Shown here piece after piece: positions 39,825 through 48,660 of a stretch of DNA of 64,000 nucleotides. The stretch covers positions 189,301 to 253,300 of the forward strand of contig DAOSNS010000002.1 in NCBI GenBank assembly GCA_035373625.1, given 5' to 3'. Position numbers and translations under genes: made by a program. This DNA comes from Anaerolineae bacterium (GTDB lineage: Bacteria > Chloroflexota > Anaerolineae > B4-G1 > SLSP01). Below the pieces are notes generated by a model that ran no database searches, was not told where the DNA came from, and worked only from the letters and a program-made list of their open reading frames with translations. Position 1 is the stretch's first letter, and each line of letters starts with the position of its first letter.

Positions 39825-40113
39825 TGTCTTGATACGGGCGTCTGGCATTGTGACGCGCGAAAGCGGCACTGAGCTGGTGGTCGTGTTGCCTGAACAGGGT
39901 AAGTTTATCGTGCTCAACGCCACGGGCGCGCGTGTGTTGCATCTGGCCAACGGTGTGCACACTTTGCGTGAGATCGCGCATACCATCGCTCACGAGTTTG
40001 CCGTGGACCCCGCGCGGGTCGAAAACGACGTCCTGCGCTTTGCCGAAGCTCTCCTTGAGCGGGGCGCCTTGATCACGGTTGGGCGTGCGCAGGATCGCCC
40101 ACGCCCTGTTTGA
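39808..40113 (+). CDS. PqqD-family protein (RiPP recognition element / peptide chaperone)
   Basis: 102 aa. 'VTRESGTELVVVLPEQGKFIVLNATGARVLHLANGVHTLREIAHTIAHEFAVDPARVENDVLRFAEALLERGAL' is the PqqD signature. Start at 39808 has a GGGAGG ribosome-binding site and overlaps the kinase 3' end. Confidence 0.75.
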   Translation: MPSWDDVLIRASGIVTRESGTELVVVLPEQGKFIVLNATGARVLHLANGVHTLREIAHTIAHEFAVDPARVENDVLRFAEALLERGALITVGRAQDRPRPV

Positions 40114-40116
40114 TCT

Positions 40117-41172
40117 ATGAAATCCACGCTTGTCCTTCCGGTTGACCCTGCCGCGCCGGCCCCTACGGTGATCGAGGCCGCGGCAAGCGTCCTGCGTCGC
40201 GGCGGTCTGGTCGCCTTTCCGACCGAAACGGTCTACGGCCTGGGGGCAAATGCGCTGGATGCTGAGGCCGTGCAGCGTATCTTCGTGGCGAAGGGCCGTC
40301 CGGCTGCCGATCCCCTCATCGTCCATCTGGCGGACTGCGATGGGCTACCGTGGGTTGTCGCGGAGACACCGCCGGTGGCCTATACGCTGGCGGCACACTT
40401 CTGGCCGGGGCCGTTGACGTTGGTTTTGCCGCGCCATCCGCAGGTCCCGTCGGTGGTGACGGCCGGCGGCCCTACGGTCGCCGTGCGGGTGCCCGCGCAT
40501 CCGGTGGCGCTGGCGCTGATCCGCGCGGCCGGGTTTCCCATTGCGGCGCCGAGCGCCAACCGCTTCGGTCACCTCAGCCCCACACGGGCCGATCACGTGC
40601 TGGATGACCTGGAAGGGCGCGTGGACGTGGTTCTGGATGGCGGGCCGACGCCGGTGGGGGTGGAATCTACCGTGCTCTCGCTGGTCACGCCCGTGCCGAC
40701 GATCCTGCGGCCCGGTGGAATCAGCCGCGAGGCGTTGGCGGCGGTCCTCGGCGAGGTCCAGGTCGCGGGTCGCCCCTTTTCCCCGGAAGACACTTTGCCT
40801 TCTCCCGGCATGTTGACGAAACACTACGCGCCGCGTGCCAGGTTGACCCTCTATTGTGGCCCGCGCGAGGCCGTGTTGTATGCGATGCGCGACGCCGCTG
40901 TGCAGGAGATAGGGCGGGGGCAACGGGTGGGGCTGTTGCTGGCCGAAGAGGATCTTCCCGCCTTTGCCGGCATACAGGCGGTTTTTCAAACTGTCGGGAC
41001 GAGCGGTATGTTGGACGAGGTGGCCCGGCAACTGTTCACCGCCTTGCGTGCATTGGATCACGCGAATGTGACGGTGATTCTGGCCCGCGACTTCGGCGCA
41101 ACGGGGCTGGGTCTGGCGATCCGTGACCGCTTGACACGCGCGGCAGCGGGGAATGTGGTTGATGTGGAATAG
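40117..41172 (+). CDS. tsaC: L-threonylcarbamoyladenylate synthase (Sua5/TsaC family, long form with Sua5 C-terminal domain)
   Basis: 'VAFPTETVYGLGANALDAEAVQRIFVAKGRPAADPLIVHL' YrdC motif; 351 aa. Confidence 0.85.
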   Translation: MKSTLVLPVDPAAPAPTVIEAAASVLRRGGLVAFPTETVYGLGANALDAEAVQRIFVAKGRPAADPLIVHLADCDGLPWVVAETPPVAYTLAAHFWPGPLTLVLPRHPQVPSVVTAGGPTVAVRVPAHPVALALIRAAGFPIAAPSANRFGHLSPTRADHVLDDLEGRVDVVLDGGPTPVGVESTVLSLVTPVPTILRPGGISREALAAVLGEVQVAGRPFSPEDTLPSPGMLTKHYAPRARLTLYCGPREAVLYAMRDAAVQEIGRGQRVGLLLAEEDLPAFAGIQAVFQTVGTSGMLDEVARQLFTALRALDHANVTVILARDFGATGLGLAIRDRLTRAAAGNVVDVE

Positions 41173-41175
41173 AAA

Positions 41176-41210
41176 ACCTGACAGATCTTCCACGACCTGT
41201 CAGGTTGGTT
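41176..41210. terminator. Bidirectional terminator hairpin between convergent tsaC and rpoD (AACCTGACAG-12-nt loop-CTGTCAGGTT)
   Basis: Perfect 10-bp inverted repeat, seen directly. Confidence 0.5.
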
Positions 41211-41212
41211 TG

Positions 41213-42490
41213 CTAAGTCCGCAGAAAGTCACGCAAACGCCGCGCATGGGCGGGGTGGCGTAGCCGGCTGAGCGCCTGCGCCTCGATCTGTCGCACACGC
41301 TCGCGCGTCACCCCTAACTTTTTGCCGACCTCTTCGAGGGTGTAGGTCTGTCCATCCAGTAGCCCGTAGCGCATTTGCAGGATTTTCACCTCGCGCGGCG
41401 GTAAGTCCACCAGGATTTCCATCAATAAATCGCGCAGCATCGTGGTGCTGACCTCGTCGGGTGGCGAGGGACTGTCAATATCCTCGACAAAGTCGCCGAG
41501 CGTGCTCTCTTCCTCTTCGTCGGTGGGCATTTCCAGCGAGAGCGGACGGCGTGCCACATCGAGCATCTGTTCGACTTTGCGCACCGGAATTTCCATTTCC
41601 GCCGCCAGCTCTTCCGGCGTGGGGCCACGTCCCAGTTGCTGCGTCAATTGATGGGAGATGCGCAGCATTTTGTTGATCTGATCCCCCATGTACACCGGCA
41701 CGCGAATCGTGCGGCTCTGATCGGCAATGGCGCGGGTCACAGCCTGCCGGATCCACCAGGTCGCATACGTAGAGAATTTATGACCACGTTTGTAGTCGAA
41801 CTTGTTGGAGGCACGGATCAGGCCGATGTTGCCTTCCTGGATCAGGTCGAGGAAGGGCACACCACGCCCGATGTATTTTTTGGCGACGCTGATAACCAGC
41901 CGCGAGTTGGCACGGATCAGATGTTCGCGCGCGGCGATGCCGTCATCAATGCAACGCTCCAATTCCCAGCGTTTCTCTTCGCTGTGGTATTTGCCGCTGT
42001 TCAGCTTTAGTTGCGCCTTTTTGCCGTTTTCCATGCGGATGGCCAGCTCGACCTCTTCTTCTGCGGTCAGCAGAGGCACCTTACCGATTTCTTTCAGGTA
42101 GAGGCCGATGGTATCGTCAACTTCAATGGCGCGATAAATATCCTCCTCGGCTCTCTCTTCTTCATCTTCTTCGATGTCCAGAAATCCAATGCCGGCTTTC
42201 TCATCTGTGCCGCCTATGGTGATGCCCGATTCCATCAACGCCGCGATGATCTCATCCAGGCGTTCGACATCATCTTCGGCTTCAGGGAAAACCCGCAGGA
42301 TATCCTCGTATGTGATATGCCCGCGCTCATATCCAAGAGCCAGCAGGTATTCTTCGCCGGAGGGTTCCTCGACCAGAACGGCGATTTCCTCTTCGTCGCC
42401 TTCTTCCTCTTCGACGTCTTCCTCTTCGTCTTCTTCTTGCGCTAACTCTTCTTCCAAGAGTGCGTCGTCCAAATCGTCTTCGATAGCCAA
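41213..42490 (-). CDS. rpoD: Primary RNA polymerase sigma factor (sigma-70 family) with acidic N-terminal region
   Basis: '[27 protein letters not shown]' region 2.x/3. '[29 protein letters not shown]' region 4.2. Poly-Glu/Asp N-terminus. Confidence 0.9.
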   Translation of the reverse strand: MAIEDDLDDALLEEELAQEEDEEEDVEEEEGDEEEIAVLVEEPSGEEYLLALGYERGHITYEDILRVFPEAEDDVERLDEIIAALMESGITIGGTDEKAGIGFLDIEEDEEERAEEDIYRAIEVDDTIGLYLKEIGKVPLLTAEEEVELAIRMENGKKAQLKLNSGKYHSEEKRWELERCIDDGIAAREHLIRANSRLVISVAKKYIGRGVPFLDLIQEGNIGLIRASNKFDYKRGHKFSTYATWWIRQAVTRAIADQSRTIRVPVYMGDQINKMLRISHQLTQQLGRGPTPEELAAEMEIPVRKVEQMLDVARRPLSLEMPTDEEEESTLGDFVEDIDSPSPPDEVSTTMLRDLLMEILVDLPPREVKILQMRYGLLDGQTYTLEEVGKKLGVTRERVRQIEAQALSRLRHPAHARRLRDFLRT

Positions 42491-42742
42491 TATAGTACCC
42501 TTTATCTGTTCAGTGTGAGATTAGATTTGTCTTTTCAGCATATCCAAATCTGGCTGTTTGTCAACTGCCGATAAAATAAAAAAATTAAAATGTGCTCTCC
42601 TGTTTTAGGGGCACATCGCACCTTTCGGAGTTACCCGAAAAAGAGCACAGTTGGCAGGGCCAACTTGTGCTCTTCGTACCTAACTATAGCATAAATGATA
42701 GGCTTTTGTCAAGTGGGAAATTGTGCCTTCTGCTGATAGGAC

Positions 42743-43795
42743 TCAAGCGCTCAGTTGTTCTGCCGGCAATGAGAAATTAACGCGCAATCCCTGACCCGGG
42801 GCACTGGAGAAGGTGATCTTTCCTCCCAACATCTCGATGCGTTCACGAAGTGTGGGCAGGTTCAGGCGCAGCGCATCGGGTGTGGACAGGTTCTCATCGA
42901 GTTCAAAGCCGGTGCCATTGTCCTCAATGGTGACGGTAACCTGATCTTCTCCGATGTCGAGGACGATATTGATGTTGCTCGCCTGGTCTTGATCCCGCCC
43001 CAAATGGATGAGCGTCTGGATGACCCGGAAGATGGTCACCTCTTTGTGTTGGGCGAGGCGGCGCTCCTTGCCGCTAATGTGTAGGGTCAGTCCGGTAAAG
43101 CCACTGTCACTAAGACCCTCGACATAACGGCGGATGGTGGGAGCCAATCCCAAATCGTCCAGCATCATCGGGCGGAGATCAAAAATGAAGCCTTTTACGG
43201 CTTTGAACGCACTGACGACGTTCTTTTTCAATTCCGCGAGTTCAGTCTTGGCGCGTGCTGAGTCCCGGTCAAAGAGGCGTTCACAGATTTCGGCCTGGAG
43301 CACCAGGTTGGTGAGTGCCTGCGCCGGCCCATCGTGCATTTGACGGGAGAGGCGCAGGCGTTCTTGCTCCTGGGCTTCGATGATGCTGATGACCATTGCC
43401 TGCGGTGTGTCGAATTTCTCATGTTTTGTCTCTTGCGAAACATCCAGGTCGCCGGGGCCGGCATGTTCCAGAATGGCTTGATAAAGTTGATCAAGGCGCG
43501 TCAGGTTCTTCTGGTCGCTTTGAAGTTTCTCGAGCTGCCCGCGCATCGTGAAAAGTCGCCGCTGATTATCAATCAAGGAGTCATAGGCCGCTTTGATGTC
43601 CTCTCGCGGCATGGTATCGAATGAAGCTTCGATCTGCCGCGCCCGCGCCACGGCCCGTGAGTTGGTTTGCATAAACCGGTCAACTTCCACAGATGTTTGT
43701 TGGATCAGCATGTCTACTTCTTTGAGTTCCTTTTTGACCTGTTCACTTCCTCGACGGCAACTCTCCAAAAATTGTTCCCAGGTGTCCTCAGTCAT
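42743..43795 (-). CDS. Cytoplasmic sensor histidine kinase, HisKA_3 type (DegS-like)
   Basis: 'EQERLRLSRQMHDGPAQALTNLVLQAEI' H-box of the NarL-partner kinase class. C-terminal HATPase region. No TM segments. Confidence 0.75.
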   Translation of the reverse strand: MTEDTWEQFLESCRRGSEQVKKELKEVDMLIQQTSVEVDRFMQTNSRAVARARQIEASFDTMPREDIKAAYDSLIDNQRRLFTMRGQLEKLQSDQKNLTRLDQLYQAILEHAGPGDLDVSQETKHEKFDTPQAMVISIIEAQEQERLRLSRQMHDGPAQALTNLVLQAEICERLFDRDSARAKTELAELKKNVVSAFKAVKGFIFDLRPMMLDDLGLAPTIRRYVEGLSDSGFTGLTLHISGKERRLAQHKEVTIFRVIQTLIHLGRDQDQASNINIVLDIGEDQVTVTIEDNGTGFELDENLSTPDALRLNLPTLRERIEMLGGKITFSSAPGQGLRVNFSLPAEQLSA

Positions 43796-43888
43796 GGTAC
43801 CTCCGCATTAAAAGCCTGTTGATAAAATTTTTATCCACCTACCGGTGAATTCCTCTGAAGAAGCCCGCAATCGCCAATCTAAAATTGT

Positions 43889-44650
43889 TCACGCTTCGTC
43901 TGCGTGCTGCGGCAAGCGGACCCAACCATGCCGCAACGCATAGATGGCTGCCTGGGTGCGATCCGCAAGGTTCAATTTAGACAGAATGGAAGTGACATGA
44001 TTTTTGACGGTCTGCTGGCTGATCCCCAGGCGAAAGGCAATTTCTTTGTTGCTCAACCCTTCGATAATCAATTCCAGAATTTCCATCTCGCGGTCGGTCA
44101 AAGGGGAGAAGGTTGTGTCCTCGGGTTTGAGGCCGTAGCGGCGATAGAGTTCGAGCAACCACTGTTCGGCCTGCTCGGGCGTCATCGTTTTGCCGTAGAT
44201 CACATAATACCCCTTCGCCACGGTTCGAACGGTATCCAGCAGATGGTTAGGCTCCACGTCTTTGGCGAAGTAAGCCGAGGCCCCGATGCGGATGGCGTGG
44301 TAAATTTGTTCCTCATCGTCGTAGGCGGTAAGAATAATGACATTGACGTTTGGGTACAGGCTTTTCAGTTTCTGGGTGACCTGAAGACCGTTCATAGCCG
44401 GCAGATTCACATCCATCAACACAACATCTGGCTGGACTTGGGACAACAAATCCAACGCTTCCTGTCCGTCGCCACTCTCGGCAATCACTTCGATGTCAGG
44501 TTCTTTGGCCAGAACATCGCGCACGCCCTGACGAAAAAAAGGATGGTCATCCACAACCGCCACTTTTATCGGAACGGCCTGACTTTCGGATTGCATTGAC
44601 ATCGAATTTGTCCTTTCTTGCGTTTTCTGCGTTGAATGATCTGACAGCAT
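43889..44650 (-). CDS. NarL/FixJ-family response regulator (REC + LuxR-type HTH; DegU-like)
   Basis: 'IKVAVVDDHPFFRQG...VVLMDVNLPAMNG' and C-terminal 'LTDREMEILELIIEGLSNKEIAFRLGISQQTVKNH'. Confidence 0.85.
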   Translation of the reverse strand: MLSDHSTQKTQERTNSMSMQSESQAVPIKVAVVDDHPFFRQGVRDVLAKEPDIEVIAESGDGQEALDLLSQVQPDVVLMDVNLPAMNGLQVTQKLKSLYPNVNVIILTAYDDEEQIYHAIRIGASAYFAKDVEPNHLLDTVRTVAKGYYVIYGKTMTPEQAEQWLLELYRRYGLKPEDTTFSPLTDREMEILELIIEGLSNKEIAFRLGISQQTVKNHVTSILSKLNLADRTQAAIYALRHGWVRLPQHADEA

Positions 44651-44653
44651 ATC

Positions 44654-45778
44654 TTAAGGAGCCAACAAACGCTCGATTCCGAGCCAACCCACTTCTTCGC
44701 CATGCATCAGCAAACCGATCAGGCGGTCCACGGCGACGCAGACCCAACTCAATCCCCACGGTCCCAGGCCGTTGACAGTGTATACATTCGGCATATCCGG
44801 CAGCTGTCCCACCACGGGGAAGCCATCGGTGCTTTGGGCCACCCACCATGACCGACGTCCGATAACGGAAGCATTGGGACAGAGCTGTTGGGCGATGTCG
44901 GTCAGGGGTGCCAGCACATCTTGTTGCGCGCCGGTCCAGCCGGCCATGCGCCAATCGTTGCCACGCGCCTGAATGACTACCTGCCCCTGCCGGATCACTA
45001 AGGGTGTGGGCAACGCGCCGGCATTGCGGAAGTCAACGGCATGCATCGAGGTCGGGTAGAGGATGCTCCCTAGCGCACGATTCAGGCGGATAGCGTGTGC
45101 CCCGTTGGTCAGGATGACGCTTCGGGTGAGGAGGTAGTGCTTGTGTCCCCACACGCTCAGGATGGGGGGGGCTGATGGCGAGTCGGCATGGCGACGAATG
45201 GCCTGTACTTCGGCTTCGTACTCGACGGTGATGTTGGCATGATCGAGCAGTGCGGCGATCAGTGCCGGTGGGTCGAACGCCAGGTCATCGGCGGTACGCA
45301 GGCCGACAATGTAACCATAATCCATCGCATCATCTATCTCTGCTGCGTACAAGTCCTGCCGCAACAACGCCGCCGACTCTTGCAATAATCCGGCTTCAGT
45401 GTCGTCATCGGTCACGCGGAAACTGCCGACATGGGTGGCCTCCTGGTGCAGTTTGTGCAGGATGCCGGTCAGCAGGTCGAGATTTTGCCGCGTGAGTTCC
45501 CACACGTGCCGTCCCTTGTCGGTGCCGAGGCGCGCTTGCAGGCTCACATAAGGTATCGGTGTGCCCAGAAGCGCCAGGCCCGTCCCCCTGCCGGCGGTGC
45601 CGCCGGGCGACTCGGTGGCTTCGAGAACGACGACATTCATAGCTGCCTCGGCGAGATGGTGGGCAACCAATGCGCCGGTTAGCCCTGCGCCGATGACGAC
45701 GGTATCGTAAATCTCTGGCGTTGTTGACATGGCTCTCCTTGAAAAATCGGTTGAAAAGTTCGTTTGATCCGTTGACAA
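44654..45778 (-). CDS. FAD-dependent oxidoreductase (DAO / glycine-oxidase-like)
   Basis: 'YDTVVIGAGLTGALVAHHLAEAAMNVVVLE' dinucleotide-binding motif; 374 aa. Confidence 0.7.
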   Translation of the reverse strand: MSTDQTNFSTDFSRRAMSTTPEIYDTVVIGAGLTGALVAHHLAEAAMNVVVLEATESPGGTAGRGTGLALLGTPIPYVSLQARLGTDKGRHVWELTRQNLDLLTGILHKLHQEATHVGSFRVTDDDTEAGLLQESAALLRQDLYAAEIDDAMDYGYIVGLRTADDLAFDPPALIAALLDHANITVEYEAEVQAIRRHADSPSAPPILSVWGHKHYLLTRSVILTNGAHAIRLNRALGSILYPTSMHAVDFRNAGALPTPLVIRQGQVVIQARGNDWRMAGWTGAQQDVLAPLTDIAQQLCPNASVIGRRSWWVAQSTDGFPVVGQLPDMPNVYTVNGLGPWGLSWVCVAVDRLIGLLMHGEEVGWLGIERLLAP

Positions 45779-45793
45779 ATTTTCAGCCTCGTA

Positions 45794-46732
45794 CTAGCGT
45801 GGAGGGATGGCGATCAGTTCGGCCTGATCAAAAAACGCCGCATTGTTGATGTGCGGATAAGTAGGTTCGGCATAGAAACAGACGGTCACGCGGCCCAACG
45901 GTGCGGTCGGAACCTCGGCTGTGGACGCGGGTGTCTCCCGTTCCCGTGGGTCTGGCGTCGCGGTGGGGGTCACCGTAACCGGAGGGGCTGCCACAACGAC
46001 TTTAGGTGAGACCAACGTGACGATGCCGCTGTCCTGGTTGATCTGCTGGGGATCGCCCCATTTGGCGTTATCACAATGGGGTTGACCGGTGGGGTCAATG
46101 CCGGCTTTGACGATGAGCCGATCGAGGGAAGAGAAAGCCTGGGCCTTGATGCTAAATTGCACGGTGCTGCCAACGGTCACGGTCACCGTCTGGTAGACCC
46201 AGGTGCGGAACTTAAGCCAGCGGATTGTTTCGACCTTCAAGGTGGCGCCGTGGATTTGGCGCACCGGATCATCGGCGGCGGTAAAGACCGGTTCCGCGAA
46301 TGAGTTCTGTGGATCGAAATCCCCTCCTTTGTAATTGACATAGGCATACCAGGTCCAGCCGGGGATGCGGTTGGGGAGTACATAATCGAATTCTGCCCCT
46401 TCGAGGGGGATCGGTCCGGCCACAAGTTTGGGCGTGGGTGTGGCGGTGGGCGTGGGTGTGTCGGTAGGAATTGGCGTGGGAGTCATCGTGGGCGTTGCCG
46501 TGTTGGTGGGACGTGGTAACGGCGTCGGACGGTCTGTCGGCGGCACAGTTGGAGTCCAGGTGGGCGGGATGATGAGCGCCAGGGGGGTCTCTGTGGGGGG
46601 GGAGGGCGACGGTTCAGGCAGCGGCTCACGCATGGCGCTGATAACGATACTCGCCAGCCCTCCAATCACGGCGAAATCCAGAATACCCAGGATAATCAAG
46701 ACAATTTTCTGACCCCGACTTAATGCTCTCAT
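45794..46732 (-). CDS. Hypothetical membrane-anchored protein with a Pro/Thr-rich linker and an extracytoplasmic domain
   Basis: N-terminal TM, 'PTPIPTDTPTPTATPTP' linker, then a C-terminal ~200-aa domain. Confidence 0.4.
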   Translation of the reverse strand: MRALSRGQKIVLIILGILDFAVIGGLASIVISAMREPLPEPSPSPPTETPLALIIPPTWTPTVPPTDRPTPLPRPTNTATPTMTPTPIPTDTPTPTATPTPKLVAGPIPLEGAEFDYVLPNRIPGWTWYAYVNYKGGDFDPQNSFAEPVFTAADDPVRQIHGATLKVETIRWLKFRTWVYQTVTVTVGSTVQFSIKAQAFSSLDRLIVKAGIDPTGQPHCDNAKWGDPQQINQDSGIVTLVSPKVVVAAPPVTVTPTATPDPRERETPASTAEVPTAPLGRVTVCFYAEPTYPHINNAAFFDQAELIAIPPR

Positions 46733-46931
46733 CAGGTTTTCCTCTTTTGTTTTATCTATGTTAATGATACTCCAACGTACAATTGTGACAAGCGCAAGGA
46801 GAATGAAGAATGAAGAATGGAGAATGGGTGAGCTTGCTCAGGCTTGTGTCTGAATTATAATGCAGGAAGTGACATCATGGTCTGACATGTCAACGTTCTG
46901 ACATTCAAACGGTTTTTCGGGGAGGTGGAAG

Positions 46932-47243
46932 ATGAAGTTACCAACGCAGCGCATACGCCTGGTTGCCGGGACACCCATTGTAGTCGGGGAACGGCGTCTT
47001 TTGCCCTCGGTGCTGGTCACGACGTTGGAAGGCGGAAACGTCCCGGCGGGTCTTTTCCGTTCGATCAAGCTGCGTCCGGTCTCCGTTGTTGAAGAAGGAC
47101 CGGAAGGGGCACGGTGGCTGGAGATTCCCAATGCCACCATCAACACGTTGAGCGTCATGGCGGCCATCGGTGCGGGCATCGCGGCGCTCGGCGTGTTGCT
47201 CATCGCGCTGATTGTGACGACTTCCAGGAGAACCCCCCATTAA
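46932..47243 (+). CDS. GerW/YtfJ-family-like small protein with C-terminal TM
   Basis: 103 aa. 'IVVGERRLLPSVLVTTLEGGN' resembles the family N-terminus and of the paralog downstream. Weak. Confidence 0.4.
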   Translation: MKLPTQRIRLVAGTPIVVGERRLLPSVLVTTLEGGNVPAGLFRSIKLRPVSVVEEGPEGARWLEIPNATINTLSVMAAIGAGIAALGVLLIALIVTTSRRTPH

Positions 47244-47378
47244 CTTGCGGTTTAGGGATATTTTTGTCAACGGATTGGGCTGATTTTAACTTGTATTTTA
47301 GGGATGGAATCTGGAAGTAAGGGTTGAGCAGTATTCTGATCCCTAATCTCTAATCACCATTTTCGAGGGAGACAGACA

Positions 47379-47834
47379 ATGGATGAGATCAAAGCGATGT
47401 TGGAGAAAATCGAGGCGATGGTGGATGACATCAACGTGGACGCGGTCTTCGGCAAACCGGAGACGGTGGGGGAGCGGGTGCTGATTCCCGTTGCGGAGAT
47501 TAGCTATGGTTTTGGCGCCGGGTTCGGCGGGGGGCCGGCTTGTTGTTGTGATGAGTGTTGTGGCGAGAATACGGGTGGAGAATGTGCTTGCCATGAAGCC
47601 GATGAAGCCCATCCCTGCTGCCAGGATGAAACCGGTGTTGCGGGCGGTGGTGGCGCCGGCGGACGGGCGCGCCCGATTGCTTACATCGAAGTCGGCCCGG
47701 ATGGCACAAAGGTCGAGCCAATCGTGGACGAGCAGAAGATTGCTCTTGGGGGGATGTTGCTCGGCGCGTGGGTCATTGCCTGGGTCGCCCTGGTGCTCAA
47801 AACCTTGTTCCGGGCACTGACGCCCCGCGATTGA
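47379..47834 (+). CDS. GerW/YtfJ-family protein carrying a cysteine-rich insertion
   Basis: 'FGKPETVGERVLIPVAEISYGFGAGFGGG...RPIAYIEVGPDGTKVEPIVD' is the YtfJ/GerW pattern. It is interrupted by 'PACCCDECCGENTGGECACHEADEAHPCCQDETG' (10 Cys). Confidence 0.6.
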   Translation: MDEIKAMLEKIEAMVDDINVDAVFGKPETVGERVLIPVAEISYGFGAGFGGGPACCCDECCGENTGGECACHEADEAHPCCQDETGVAGGGGAGGRARPIAYIEVGPDGTKVEPIVDEQKIALGGMLLGAWVIAWVALVLKTLFRALTPRD

Positions 47835-48604
47835 TGCGACGGGTAGAGCAAAACGGCCTGGTCTGGTATACTTTTGACGGACCGGGCTTTGATTTTCCCC
47901 ATGCCTGTTTCACACGCCGGGGCGGGGTGAGTGCCGCGCCGTGGGCGGCGTTGAACCTGGGGCATACGGTTGGTGACGACCTCGCTGCCGTCGAGGAAAA
48001 CCATCGCCGTGTTTGTGAGGCTTTCGGCATCACGCGCACGCAAATCGTGAGTCCACATCAAGTGCATGGCTGTAACGTGGTGCGCGTTGGCGTGGAAGAT
48101 GGGGGGTGCGTGATCCCGGCAACCGACGCGCTGATCACCGATGCGCCGGGGGTGGCGCTGCTGCTGCGTTTCGCCGACTGCACGCCGATCCTGTTCTACG
48201 ACCCGGCACAGCGGGCGTTGGGGTTAGCGCATGCCGGCTGGCGTGGCATAGCGGCGGGTGTCGTCCCGGCGACGGTCGCGGCGATGCAGGCCGCTTTTGG
48301 CACGCGCCCGGCCGATGTGTGGGCCGGCATTGGCCCGACCATCGGCCCGCAGCATTACAGCGTTGGCGTGGAAGTGGTGCAGGCGATTCAGGCGGCATTG
48401 CCGGCGGGTGCCGGGGTGGCGGAACAGCGTGATGGACGCTGGTATCTGGATTTGGCGGGCGCCGTGACGGCGCAATTGCGGGCTGTGGGTGTGGTGCAGA
48501 TCGTCAATTCCGGCCTGTGCACGGCTGGTCGGGTGGATGAGTGGTATTCGCATCGCGCCGAAAACGGACGCACGGGACGTTTTGGCGTGCTGGCGATGTT
48601 GTGA
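47834..48604 (+). CDS. pgeF: YfiH/PgeF-family (DUF152, Cu-oxidase_4) purine-nucleoside phosphorylase / peptidoglycan editing factor
   Basis: 'TRRGGVSAAPWAALNLGHTVGDD...ADCTPILFYDP...GLAHAGWRG'. Start overlaps the upstream stop (TGATG). Confidence 0.8.
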   Translation: MRRVEQNGLVWYTFDGPGFDFPHACFTRRGGVSAAPWAALNLGHTVGDDLAAVEENHRRVCEAFGITRTQIVSPHQVHGCNVVRVGVEDGGCVIPATDALITDAPGVALLLRFADCTPILFYDPAQRALGLAHAGWRGIAAGVVPATVAAMQAAFGTRPADVWAGIGPTIGPQHYSVGVEVVQAIQAALPAGAGVAEQRDGRWYLDLAGAVTAQLRAVGVVQIVNSGLCTAGRVDEWYSHRAENGRTGRFGVLAML

Positions 48605-48613
48605 GCGGCACAC

Positions 48614-48657
48614 AAAAGAGCCTGGCGAAGTTCAAACCTCTCGCCAGGCTCTTTTTT
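48614..48657. terminator. Strong bidirectional rho-independent terminator (AAGAGCCTGGCGAG-loop-CTCGCCAGGCTCTTTTTT) between convergent genes
   Basis: 12-14-bp GC-rich inverted repeat followed by a T6 run. Confidence 0.65.
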
Positions 48658-48660
48658 ATC

